A DNA stretch of 64,000 bases from Camelus dromedarius (taxonomy: Eukaryota), in the NCBI RefSeq assembly GCF_036321535.1, contig NC_087436.1, positions 115,508,001-115,572,000 of the forward strand, written 5' to 3'. Below the pieces are notes generated by a model that saw only the letters and a program-made list of their open reading frames with translations, was not told where the DNA came from and searched no databases. Position numbers and translations under genes: made by a program. Positions 52,205-64,000 of this stretch are shown piece after piece. The first letter of the stretch is position 1; each line of letters opens with the position of its first letter.

Positions 52205-52981
52205 AGGTGGTTTGTGCTCATGCAGGTTCTCTGATAAGCCAGCTATGAGGGAATTTGCCTGGAGGAAGTCTGTTGCTGAATTCTCTCAGGGGCCATGGCT
52301 ATCCAGGAGGGAGAGATTGGGAAGCAGGATTGGGCAGAGGAAGAAGTAGGAAGGACACACAGTTTAGCAGAGATCTTGGCTGTTTCCTCTGGCACTGGAA
52401 TTCCCAGTTTTACAACTCAGGGATCTCTTTCTCAAGGACCTGGGAGCTCTTCCTTTAAAGCATAATCATCAAGAAACTCAGCACCCCAGTCTCTGTGAGA
52501 GGGTAGGAACCTCTTTGGAAGAGGACAATCGGTAAACACAGATGGCCCCATCATGTTGACCAATCTGACATTCTCCAGTGCTTTTCCACTACCTCATTGA
52601 GTACTTAAAAAAATCTCTGACCTTTTGTTTCGGTGGAACTGAAGTCATTCTCTCTCCTCTATTGCAGTAGTTTTGAATAAAGTCTATGATAACATAGTAT
52701 TAAATAAAATATTGAATAAAGTATCAAATAAAGCCTATTTACTTTGTCTGGTGCAGTATTTTTTAACACCGATTATTGTAAACAGGCTTCATCGTGGGAG
52801 GGACGTAGGCATGAGCTGAGCATTCTGCAATGGATAATTATCCTTCCTCAGTGGGTAATTTCCAGGGACAAAACGGACTCAGCTGTGATTTATCAGAAGC
52901 CCATATTCCTAGCAAGTGGGGAATGACTGCCTCTGTCCTGAAGTGTGAGATCTGGGCAGCACAGCAGGGCCTCCACTAAAT
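52205..52981 (-). mobile_element. LTR33-like ERVL LTR split by an ERV1 LTR piece
   Basis: 'aagcaggattgggcagagg' and 'ggactcagctgtg...ggggaatgactgcctctgtcctgaag...gatctgggcagcac...tccacta'. Confidence 0.65.
52395..52768 (+). mobile_element. ERV1 LTR 3' part (MER90/MER110-like; subfamily uncertain)
   Basis: 'ctcaaggacctgggagc', 'cccagtctctgtgagagggtagga' and 'cctctattgcagtagttttgaataaagtct'; ends TAACA. Confidence 0.6.
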
Positions 52982-53609
52982 GGACATCCAAAGAATGTCA
53001 ATTCAAATCAATGTCAAATGCCTTGAATTTTACAGAGCCCTGAACAATGGCAGAAAGAGGTCTAATAACAGCTTCCTGTGTAATACTGTTTATTTAAAAA
53101 GTCATGAAGATATGTGTCATCTTATAGAGCACTAAGTTTTCTCCATGACTGCTCATTTTTGTAATTTATTTCACCTTCTTGTGAATGTGCTCCCAGCCAA
53201 AAGGTAACTAGCTATGCCTCTCACATTCTAGACCAAACTTCTTCTGAGCTGTGCAATTAGTATTAAAACTCAAACCTAAATATGTGCAGTCAAAATTCCT
53301 CTTGAGGACCAAGTATGGTCAGAATGGTGCTATTCAAATGTTTAACATCATCATACTCCTTTCCATCTTATAGCAAAATCTCTGAGACAAGGATTTGGTT
53401 GGGGTTAAGCTGCACGAGTTTAATATAAATCCCCAGTTTACTGATGTTTGTATGAAGCAGAATCTTAACACCACCTTGGAAGCCAAGGTCTGCAGAGTAA
53501 ATTTTCAGGTGGCCTAGAAAATAATGGCAAAGTGATGAAATAGGAATGTGTAAGGAGTGGCTTTCTTCTTTGTTAATTTTAATATTAAAGCTTTTTAAAT
53601 CTTTTGAAA

Positions 53610-54780
53610 TAATTTTTTATTTAAGAATAACATGCGTTGAGAGACAGTCACAAATTGGAGGTACACAGCTCCATAAATTATCAAGAAATGAACACATCTA
53701 TAAAACATAATGTAAGTCAATAAATAGTGTATTTCTATCACTTCCAGAAACTTCCTCTTTCTCTCTCCCAATTATTTTTAGTCTTTTCCCCAAATGTAAC
53801 TATTCTTCTGATTTTTTACTACATAGATTGCTTTGCCCATTTTTAAAGTTTATATTATTAGAATCACACAGCACATTGTCAGTTTTGGCTTATTTTGCTC
53901 AATATTATGTTTATGGGGTTGATCCATATTGTTGTGTTTATTTGAAATGAAATTATTTTCATGAGTGTATAGTATACCATTCTATGAATAATTGTGAATT
54001 TATTTTTCCATCAACTGTTGATGGAATTTTGGGTTGTTTCCAGAATTTGGCTATTTTAATGTTATGAACCATGTTGCATTTTTTGGGGCACACTTGTGTA
54101 AAACATCCCTGGTGGATATACACCACAGAATGTCATTGCTGTATTGCATGGTCTATATTATATTTTATGCTGGTGTGTATATGTAGCTTTAACAAATTCT
54201 GCCACACAGTTTTCACAAATAGCTATACCAATGCCCTCTTGCAGAGTTTGAGAATTCCACTTGATCCACATGTTTGTCAATATTTACTTACCACCCTTTA
54301 AATTTGGCAATTCAGGTATTGTTTGGTGATACTGATATTTCATTATAGTTATGTAGCTTTGATTTACGTTTTAATTTTGATCAGTGAAGCAGAACATTTT
54401 TCAAACGTTTTGTTTGGATATCTTCTGTGGTGAAGGGCCTGATCAGTTATTTTGTCCATCTTTCTCTTGCTGTGCTCCCTTTACATGTTCTTGGTAGAAG
54501 TCTTTACTTATTCTGAAAACAAAACTATTTCAGTTCTTATTGCTAGAAATTCATTTCCCCTTTCTGTGGCTTGCTTTTTTACTCTCCCTATGTTATATTT
54601 TAAAAACTGGAAATTCTTGATTTACCAATTTCCTGAATTTGCTTCATTAATCTTCCCCTTCATTGTCAATGTTATTTCTTAAATTTCATTTTCTAAGTGT
54701 TTATTGCTAATATATAGGATACAATTGATTATTGTATTTTGACTTTAGTAAATTTAGCAAGATTTATTTAATATTTAAAT
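53610..54780 (-). mobile_element. Old L1 (L1MD/L1ME-like) 3' end
   Basis: 'tagtataccattctatgaata', 'ctgttgatggaattttgggttgtttccag' and 'tttggatatcttctgtggtgaag'. Confidence 0.75.
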
Positions 54781-54855
54781 CCTCTACTCAGTTGTCTAAG
54801 TTTCTATTAATTAGTTTAGTATGTTAATCATCAGTGTTTTAAAATCCATGCTTTA

Positions 54856-54987
54856 GGGGTGAAGGGTATAGCTCAATGGTAGAGCACGTGCTTGGCATGC
54901 ATGAGGTCCTAGGTTCAATCCCCAGTGCCTCCATTAAGGGAAAAAATTTAAAAATTAAGGATTAAAAAATTAAAACTAAAAAAAAAA
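54856..54987 (+). mobile_element. tRNA-derived camelid SINE (Vic-1-like)
   Basis: GGGGTGAAGGGTATAGCTCAATGGTAGAGCACGTGCTTGGCATGCATGAGGTCCTAGGTTCAATCCCCAG, then an A-rich tail. Confidence 0.92.
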
Positions 54988-54999
54988 TGCCTGGAATCT

Positions 55000-55560
55000 C
55001 AGTATTATCTATTATCTCTGTTGGTTTTCAGCTACATTTGTTCTCTTTGTGGTCTTGGTCATTTTGATAACTTCTGCATGGTGGTCTCTTTATCTAGAAC
55101 GATTTTAGCTTCTGAAAGTAAAGAAGGAAAAGGCCCAAGTAACTTTAGATGGCGTTAGTCATGTCATGGATTGAGATCTTTCAAAGTGGGCTTTGATCTC
55201 TGTGAGTGCTGGTATATTTCCAGTTTATCTTTATTATTTGAGACTAGCTCATCTGAGCTTCAATCCAGACCGGAGCTTTTACCAGGGCTTTCCTCCATGG
55301 TGAACCTTCAATTCTATTTATTTTCTTCCAGTTTTGTGAGACTCTTAAAAGCTTTGCTTAGTCTTCTTTAGAAATTAGCAATAACTCGGAAAAAGTGAAG
55401 CTAAATGTACTTGCTTCCTACTCAGCCTCTGGCCTCACGCATCCTCACTGCATTGATAGCTCCCTGATTTCTTCAAACCAGTTTTATTACAAATTCTGTG
55501 AAACTTTTCTTGCTCTTCTTTGCAAGAAAGTTAGTGTGAACCACATCATCAGCCATTGTT
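55000..55560 (-). mobile_element. Ancient L1ME 5' region fragment
   Basis: Colinear resemblance to 36870-37410 ('gggctttgatctctgtgag', 'tttaccagggc', 'cctcactgcattgatagctc'). Confidence 0.45.
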
Positions 55561-56789
55561 AAAATATAACAAGACTCTTAAATTCTTGAAGTTCTTGGAA
55601 TTTGAAAGAATCTATTAAATAATATCCTAGCTTTGACCCAAAGATTGAAAGTAATTGAGAGACATAAAAGTTAACAAGTTGGAGACCACGCATCAGTTTT
55701 TTACTGAATAAATCTGGTTTGAGGATTCTGGCTTATATGAGTGGCAACAATGTACTTTCAAATAATAACCCTAGAATTCTGTCTATTGGACACTCAGTGA
55801 TAGGAAGATAAACAGAATGATCTCAGAAAATCTCTCTACCCCTCAACTGCTTCCACCTTTACAGAGGCAAAACTTACACACTTAAGCTTATTTCATGTTT
55901 GGGACCAGAGAAAAATCACAATTGTTTGCTTAGCAGGAGGCTTCCTCCATCTCTTCCCTCCAAAATGGAGCTGAATTAGATGTGCCCAGGTGTCTAGCAC
56001 AAATATAACAATCCGATAATTTTCTTTTCCCCAAAAATAATATCAAATGTAGATGAAATCATGGCTACTGCTAATAGAGTGTACCTTTTAAATGTCAAAG
56101 ACATAATTTTTTAGTCCTAAGTAAGGAATCAATCCACTAGACTTGTTATTAAAATGAATTCAGGATGCACAGCTGATGAGCATCCACTCTGATAAAAATC
56201 ACAATTTGTGGCCAACTTCCTACCACCTCAACAATTGGTCGACTCACTGGTTCTCTTCCAGCACATTTAGCAGCCAGACTTTTTTTTCTTTTTTAAGGAT
56301 GACAATAATATTCTGTGACCTCAAATTAGGTATTTGATATATGTTGTACTATTTCTTGTTTGCTTATTTACTAACCTGCTGGCCTTATTTAGTATCTGTT
56401 TTCACAATTCTTCATTGAGTTATTTCTCATCTTGGAACTGACCCAGAACAGATTCCAAAGAGAAGATCTGGACCTGTTGACCTCATGCCGACCCTCAGGA
56501 AAATGTGTGATAACAACTGTTGGCCCAAAACTCTTATTTATCAGTTTTTATGAGTATGTTGCCCCAGTCCCTCACCCAGCTGATTGCCAAAGAATATGGT
56601 TCTGTTATTACATCAATAAGATAGAAGACTATTCGACTCTCCCTTTCTGACAGGCAATATTACCTTGAACTTTTTACTGCCATTATACATCAAAATCTTG
56701 GTGATGGGAAATGATAATCATAAAAACAGACACTCAAGTCGTTTATCTGACTGAAAACGTTCCTCACAGCTGGAGCAAGTAACACCATA

Positions 56790-57020
56790 AGTGATACAAT
56801 ATAAAGGAGCCAGTAAGAGTGTAGGCTCGGGAGCTTGACTACTTGGGTTAGGAACGTGGCTAAATCATCTACACGTTATGTGAAGTTATTTAACTTCTCT
56901 CTACATGCGTTTCATCTCTTAAAAAATAAGAATAGGGTTGTTTTAAAGAATAAATTAATACATATGAAACACTTCAAATAATTCCTAGCATATAGGAAGT
57001 TCCAGAAATTTGGCTGTTCT
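56790..57020 (+). mobile_element. MIR SINE
   Basis: 'taagagtgtaggctcgggagc...aagttatttaacttctct...gttgttttaaagaataaattaata...cctagcatataggaag'. Confidence 0.75.
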
Positions 57021-57600
57021 TATTTAGATTTTTACACTTAAATTCTTATCCTAGCTAATTTTAGAATTCTCGCATTGATTGTGCAGACCTCCTGTTTGTC
57101 CACTGCTCTATCCCTTAAACTTCTTAAAATAAATATTCAATAATTATTTGTTAAATAGATTAATTTTACATAGTCCCTTGATTGTGCCATTTGATATGTC
57201 ATTTATCAGCCCTCTTTGAGTGACAGAATAAGAAACAGTTATTAAAAATTTGATATTATATTCATTTGGGGCACGGTGTCAAGAAAAATGCTCGTAAAAT
57301 TACACAGCACCCACTTTATGAGAGTTCTTAGGGAAAGTTTCTAATAGATCTCATTTATTGGAAGATATTATCCTTCATCTTGAGGCAAGAGAACATGAGT
57401 TAGCTCTTGGGGACATAGAAATGCAGACATGAACAAAATTAGTTTTGGCCTTAAAGAGCTTCCAGTATTGTGGATATTGAGACAATCTAGTAATGGAAAA
57501 ATATATTTTGAAGCTAGACATGGAAAGAATAGTGTACATTAAGGTACTGATACTGAGTGATGGAAGAACTATAAGGAGATAGGGAGAAAAGTTAAATATA

Positions 57601-57632
57601 ACACACACACACACACACACACATACACACAC
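57601..57632. repeat. (CA)n microsatellite
   Basis: Directly visible dinucleotide run. Confidence 0.95.
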
Positions 57633-58973
57633 AGAGTTTGTGATTCTAATTACCTTCTAATTGTCGCTCAGGAAGAACAAGAAGTTTTATAACTGCCTTT
57701 TGCAGCCATACTCGATTATACATGCTCTAAAATCTAGCATCTGCCAAATCCAAATCTGTGATTAATGCTAATGCCAATTGCACATTGTCGACACACAGTG
57801 CACCTGCACACACAATTCCAATGACAAGCACCATATATTACCTTCGAATCAGCAAGGATTGTTTCCAAACTTGGAACTGATTTAACATATATTAACTCTC
57901 AGTGTAAGTATGTGCTGCAAGCTGATGCCAAATCATCTTGAAAGGCCACATTTTAAAAACAATACAGGAAACAAATTGCATTAAAAAATAACTAGACGTC
58001 TGTTGCCAAAGCGTTAAGTAAGATATGTTAGAGTCTATGATCATGAAGATTCTGGATAGGTTGTGTAATTTTTTTTTTTTTGCATAATCACTGGCTTTTT
58101 GATTCTCGGTGAGAGAAAGGGCTGAAAGAAGCACACACACCCCCAACATACACACATTTAAAATACTATCAAAGACACAGTTCCTGGCCTGCTGAAATAT
58201 TGATGCAAGGGGTGGAAATATTACTTAATATGTTCGTAGTACCTGCACTTTTCTAACAATGTATTATTGTACAAAGCCTTAGCCCATTTTCTACTTACGA
58301 CAACACTGAAGTTGCTTTTATGGTCACAGCCTTATAGGCAAGTAAACAGAGGGTCTACGTGGCTAATAAATATCAACTGGGTGCTTGGACCCTGTTCTCT
58401 GATCTCCACTGTACCCCATATTCCACAGGGTGGGCCTCGGAGGAGGCTATTGATTATACATTTTCAGTAGAGGATTACAGGTTGGTCTTTCTCTGACTAC
58501 AGTGAGTTAGCATATGAAGACTCACGGTGAGCATCTCAAGATCATTTGATGTTGCTGAGCTATGATGACTGGTGGTGATGCTGATGTTGTTCTAATCATG
58601 GTTCTGAGACGAGCAGGCATGCACCAAAGTCAGAAGTTTTTCTTATCCCCACTATTGATAAATAAACCAGATACAAACAAATGAATAGGCATTTAAGCAG
58701 GAGGCCCACCATAACAGAGTTTGAGAACATCTGATGGTCATCCAAGATTGGTACAAATTTTCTCAATAGGTACAAAACTTGACCAAGCTGGCTATCTGAT
58801 AAAGTGAGCCTCTGCTCTCAAATAACAAATCAATAAAATAAGAATCCTCCAACCAGTTTTTAGCTACTTAGTTTATATCTATCAATCTTTCTGTTTACAA
58901 GGCATGGCCACATTAAGGAACCCAGTTAGACTTAGGAAAGAGAGCACACCTTTCAGGGCCCCATTCTTCGGTG

Positions 58974-59181
58974 CAAGGATCAATATATTACAGTCCATGG
59001 GCCAAATTCAGCCTGTTGTGGTCCAAACCAGATAATATCCATTTAATTTGTCTACATACTCTCTGTGCCTGCTTTTGCACTATAAAGGCAGTGTTGAATA
59101 TGTGCAAAAGAGACCACATGGTAGACAAAGCACAAGTATTTAGTATTTGATACTTTCTAGGAAAAAAATTGCTGACTCTTG
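58974..59181 (+). mobile_element. MER58-like hAT-Charlie MITE
   Basis: 'tgggccaaattcagcctg', 'ctgcttttgcactataaaggcag...gagaccacatgg' and 'gaaaaaaattgctgactcttg'. Confidence 0.75.
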
Positions 59182-59212
59182 ATTTAGATTCTTACTCATA
59201 TCACAAAACCAT

Positions 59213-59243
59213 GCACATACACACACACACACACACATAGAAA

Positions 59244-59302
<59 letters not shown>

Positions 59303-59340
59303 TACACACATATATATATATGCTTCATATATACATATAT
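59213..59340. repeat. Compound (CA)n/(TA)n microsatellite
   Basis: A CA run followed by a long perfect TA run (~59247-59296). Confidence 0.95.
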
Positions 59341-59749
59341 TCTGTGTAAACTGAAATGTAGCTCACAGGGCTAGACTAGAGGGACCAATAATTCTAAACA
59401 TTCAAACATTCACTCTTGTAATTTCCACTGTTCCAGCCTTAAGGAAATACTCTGTACATCACTGGCTTTATGGGATTTGCACATGGTAACTACCTAGACA
59501 AGCTAAGACAAATTTCACAGTTTTAAATATTTCATATCACTCTTACACACATATATTTGGTGGCCTAGCAATAACATGCATGAAGGGTGATATTAATTCT
59601 TTGATTTGACAACTAGATGCACATTGAATGCAAGTATTGAGAAGTTTTATTTTTAAAAATTCAATACAAATGAATTTAAAAACAAAGCAACACTAACTTT
59701 CCTAGAATAATCTTGATGTAAGAGTAATGCTCATTGTTAAGTATTAATC

Positions 59750-61697
59750 ATAGATTCAAAATCCCCAACAAAATATTAGGAAATCAAATTAAACAACATT
59801 TTAAAAGAATCATACACCATGATCAAGTGGGATTCACATCAGGGATGCAAGGATAGTTCAATATTCACAAAACAATCAATGTGATATATCACATTACCAA
59901 AACAATGAAGAAAAATCATAGGAAGATCTCAATAGATGAAGAAAAATCTTTTGACAAAATTCAGCATCCATTTATGATAAAGACCCTCAACAAAGTGGGT
60001 ATGAGGAGATGTACCTCAACATAATAACATCTATATGTGACAAACATACAGCTAGCATCATACTCAACAATGAAAAGCTGAAAGCACTCCCTCTAAGGTC
60101 AGGAACAAGACATGAATGTGCACTCTCACCACTTTTTATTCAACATAGTTTTGGAAGTCCTAGTCCCAGGAATCGGACCCTCAAAATTAAATAATTAAAA
60201 GGAATCTAAATTGGAAAGGAAGAAGTAAAACTGTCATTGTTTGCAGATAACATGACACCTTACATAGAAATTCCTAAAGACTCCATGAAAAAACTACTAG
60301 AACTCATCATTGAATTCAGTGTAATTCCAGTATACAAAATTGATAGATTACAAAAAAAAAAACTGTTGTGTTTCTATACTCTATCAATAAACTCTCAGAA
60401 AGAGAAAGTAAGAAAATAATCCAATTTACAATCACATCAAAAAGAATAAAATATCTAAGACTAAAACTATGAAGGTAAAAGGTATGTACTCAGAAAATTG
60501 AGACACTGATGAAATGAAGTGAATATTAAAAAAAAAACAGATGGAAAGATATACCATTTTCATGGATTGGAAAAATCAATATTGTTAAAATGATGATAGT
60601 ACACAAGGCATTCTACAGATACAGTGCTATCCTTATCAGAATACCAGTAGTGTTTTTAGCAGAACTAGAACAAATAATTCTAAAGCTTGTTAAAAAAAAA
60701 ACACAAAAGACCCTTAATAGCTAAAACAATCTTGAGAAGGAAGAACAAAGCTGGAGGCAAGAATACACAATAGGAAAAAAAATGACCTCTTCAACAAATG
60801 CGTGCAAAAGAATCAGACTAGACTACTTTATCGCACCATATACAAAAGTAAACTGACAATGGAATAAAGATTTAAATGTAAGACTCTAAATCATAAAACT
60901 TATAGAAGTAAACATAGGCATTATGCTTTTTGAAACTGGTCTTAGCAATACCTTTTTGAATGTTTCTTCAGGCAAGGAAAACAAAAGCAAAAATAAGCAA
61001 GTGGGAATACATCAAACTAAAAAGCTTTCGCACAGTGAAGGAAACTATAAACAAAACAAAAAGTTTACTTAATGAAAGAAGATATTTGTAAACAATATAT
61101 CCAACAAGAGATTAACATCCAAAATATACAAAGAATTCATACCACTTGAAGTAAAAATAAAACAAGCAACCTGAGTTTTAAAAGGGCAGAGGACCTGAAT
61201 AAACATTTTTCCAAAGAGGACATATAGATGGCCAACTGGCACATGACAGGATGTTCAAAATCTCTAATCATCAGGGAAATGCAAATCAAAACCACAATGA
61301 GATATTACCTCACAAACGTCAGAATGGATATTATCAAAAAACAGCAAATAACAAGTATTGGCAAGGATGTGAATAGAGGAAACCCTCATACATTGTTGGT
61401 GGGAATGCAAATTAGTACAGCCAGTATGGAAAACAGTATGAGAATTCCTCAAAAAATTAAAAATAGAACTACCATATGATTCAGGAATTCCACTCTTGGG
61501 TGTTTAACTGAAGGGAAAAATAAAAAGCACCATTTGGAAAAAAATATTTTCACCCCTACATTCATTAGCGTTATTTACAATAGCCAAGATATGGAAGTAA
61601 ACTAAGTGCCCATAGATAGATGAATGGATAAAGAAGATGTGAGATTATATATGTGTATGTGGATAGATAGATAGATAGATAGATAGAATGAAATATA
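59750..61697 (+). mobile_element. L1 ORF2 (RT domain to C-terminus) pseudogenic fragment, 5'- and 3'-truncated
   Basis: 'catacaccatgatcaagtgggattc' (IHHDQVGF), PLRSGTRHECALSP, LFADNM and [18 protein letters not shown]. Many stops and frameshifts; no 3' UTR end or poly(A). Confidence 0.95.
61662..61686. repeat. (GATA)n tetranucleotide repeat
   Basis: Directly visible. Confidence 0.9.
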
Positions 61698-62289
61698 AAT
61701 ACTAATTTTATTAGAATAATCTTGATATAAGAACAATTTATCATTGTTTAAATATGCATTTTATCTTAGTTATTTTGGTCAGTTTGAATATTTAAAGAGA
61801 AAAATACTGTGATAATAGATATAAAATAATTTTAATGTTTATATTTTGTATATATATATTTAAATTTACATTTCAGATAAAAATTTGTTAATATTTACTA
61901 ACCTTTGAATAAATTTAAGTTTTATTTTTAGTCAGAAAATTACTGTAAAAATTGTAAAAATGTTAATTATACAACATGGTGATATTACTAAAATAAAGGT
62001 AATTAAAATAAATTAGAAAATCATAATATAATTATTAATTATGTTTATTTCTATTTAATCAAATTATCTGAGTATTATTCCATTAACAGACATAAACAAT
62101 AATAAGTAAATTAGGTCTTCTTTTGATATTTTTGGACTTCTTTTGACTTCCAATCTTAAATTCTATACATAAGTTTTGTTTTTGAAAGTGTGTTTGTCAG
62201 CATAGCTGCACGTATGTGTTTATTAGCTTTATCTATGATGTTCAACCTTTAAATATATGGTAAGTGGGCAAAGGACTGTTCACATGAAA

Positions 62290-62480
62290 TGACTGAGACC
62301 TAGGTCAGAATATCAGTAGCTCCGGGTGTTCCTGGCTGTTTGGGCTCAAATAATTAACCTAGCCTTTCTGCACTCAGTTTTCTCATCTGTACAGCTGAGT
62401 ATCATCAGCAGCAGCGTAAGGTTTCTGTGCTGATTATATGAGTCACTGTCTGTAAAAGTGTCTAGCATGACACTTGATTT
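62290..62480 (+). mobile_element. MIR SINE fragment
   Basis: 'ctcagttttctcatctgtaca...tgtaaaagtgtctagca'. Confidence 0.7.
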
Positions 62481-63279
62481 AGGGTGGTTTCTTCCCCTAA
62501 AAATGGTGTGTCACTTGAACCCCAAAACAATGAGATTGATTTTATTAAGTTCCCTCTATATTCCTCTTTACTAGATGATGAAACAGAGGTTCAGAGGAGA
62601 TAGTATCTTCCAGACATCACAAAGTGAGGAATGAAACATACGGGGTCACCATGCACGACGTAACAGAAAAGTAGAAAAAAAAAAAGATGTGTGGCCTTTG
62701 GGGTCAGAGATCCAGTTTTAAATCCCATCTTGACCTCTTCTGACTGACTATGTGACCTTAAACACTGTCAATTGGGGTTGGGAGTAGCTGTCTAAAATTT
62801 GTCAGGATTGAATAAAGTAGCATCAAACACCACATAGATGTGTGTGATTTATTTGGTTCCCAAACTTACGTCTCTAAAATTCACTTTTCTTACATTCAAA
62901 ACATACTTTTTAGCAGTGGGAATACTTCTTTCAAATAAAATTTCACGTGGAACCCTGATAATATTAATCTATGTCACCCACGAAGAACAGCTTTGGATGA
63001 AATAGAGCCTAGGGGCCCCGTGTACTGGCCTGTCCCGTTTTCCCATTACTCTCTATAACCAGGGGAGGTCCTGAGGCACTTGCTTTAAACTTTAGGGCCC
63101 CAGGAAACAAGGTCTGAAATAAATGCCCTAAAACCATGTTGCTTCTTACATCACTGCATATATCTACATAAGGAATCATCTGCAGTGCTAGCTTTTTTCA
63201 CGAAGCAGTTCCGATAGCCCAAGTGGAGAATTCTCCATCTGCCTCTGTTGGCTGACGTTGCCACTTCTGAACCTTATGA

Positions 63280-64000
63280 AAACATCTCCCCACAATGCCT
63301 CCCACTCGTCTTCCCTCTCCCTGTCTTGTTTCAAGGCTGAGCCAACAGAGCAAGCATCACCGTGACCTTGACTTACCTTGACTCAGTCTCTCACGCACAT
63401 TCTGAGACTTCACAGGTCAAACGGACGGACACATGCATGGCGACAGTCTAAATGCCAGCTGGAGTTCCTTGAGCTCGCTAACACCGAGGTCGCATTTGAC
63501 ACACCTGCCGTTTTCTTGCAGTTTTTAGACAAGGCTAGATTTTGCCAACCGTGGCATTTTTTCAGTAACAATGTATTCCTCTGACAGTTCCACTGAAAGC
63601 AAGTGGAACTTAGCACCTTTCAACTCTGATATTCCCTTTGGCTCTCATGCAGATGTCTGTCGTTGTAGCTTTTACACGAGGGGTTCAGGCATGTACAGGG
63701 CTTGGAAGACTGCAGTGTGCCCATCGTCGACATAAATCAGACCACGTCACTCTACTGCTTATTACTCCCCAGTGGTTTCCCATCATAGTCAAAACTCTTC
63801 ATCCTGCCTTAAAACAAAACAAAACAAAACTGCATGAGCTGATCCCTCCCTACCCCTATGATGTTTAATAACACGATTCTCCTCTCTCACTCTGCCCCAT
63901 CCTCAGTGACCCACTTTCTGTTCTGTTGCCACCTGAAGCTGATCTCTGCCGCAAAGACTCTGGGCTAACGTTCCTCTGTTTAGAGTGTTTCCCCTACTGA
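63280..64000 (+). mobile_element. LINE-2 3' region interrupted by an unidentified insert (~63369-63730)
   Basis: 'cataaatcagaccacgtcactctactgct...cccagtggtttcccatc' and 'gttcctctgtttagagtg'. Confidence 0.6.

Noticed and set aside
60009..61479. RT-like ORFs as a novel retroelement or defence system
   Set aside because: They are standard degenerate L1 ORF2 fragments.
62870..63130. Possible hAT-Charlie-like MITE
   Set aside because: Only a vague resemblance, and I could not define TIRs or a family.

Overview
This is mammalian (eutherian) non-coding genomic DNA, AT-rich and CpG-depleted. Three tRNA-derived Vic-1-type SINEs and lineage-specific L1 3' ends point to a camelid, and I saw no Alu, B1/B2, CHR, Bov-tA or PRE-1 SINEs. 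I recognise no intact protein-coding gene, RNA gene, CpG island or prokaryote-type system. The ORF-track entries are chance ORFs or fragments of Tigger1 transposase, L1 ORF2 and CR1 RT. Much of the window is fossil interspersed repeat: L1, L2, MIR, CR1/L3, MaLR/ERVL/ERV1 LTRs and Tigger/hAT DNA transposons. Family names come from my recall of consensus sequences and need Dfam/RepeatMasker confirmation. The most notable structures are mechanistic scars: a 93-bp near-perfect inverted templated copy inside a full-length Tigger1, two L1 insertions at the same nick site, twin-primed L1s, short 3' transductions, a tail-less L1 flanked by a ~60-bp duplication, and a two-LTR MLT1H provirus. There is also a CpG-rich orphan insert in an L2 and a few candidate splice-bounded exons. 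The sequence does not support a claim of a new biological system.
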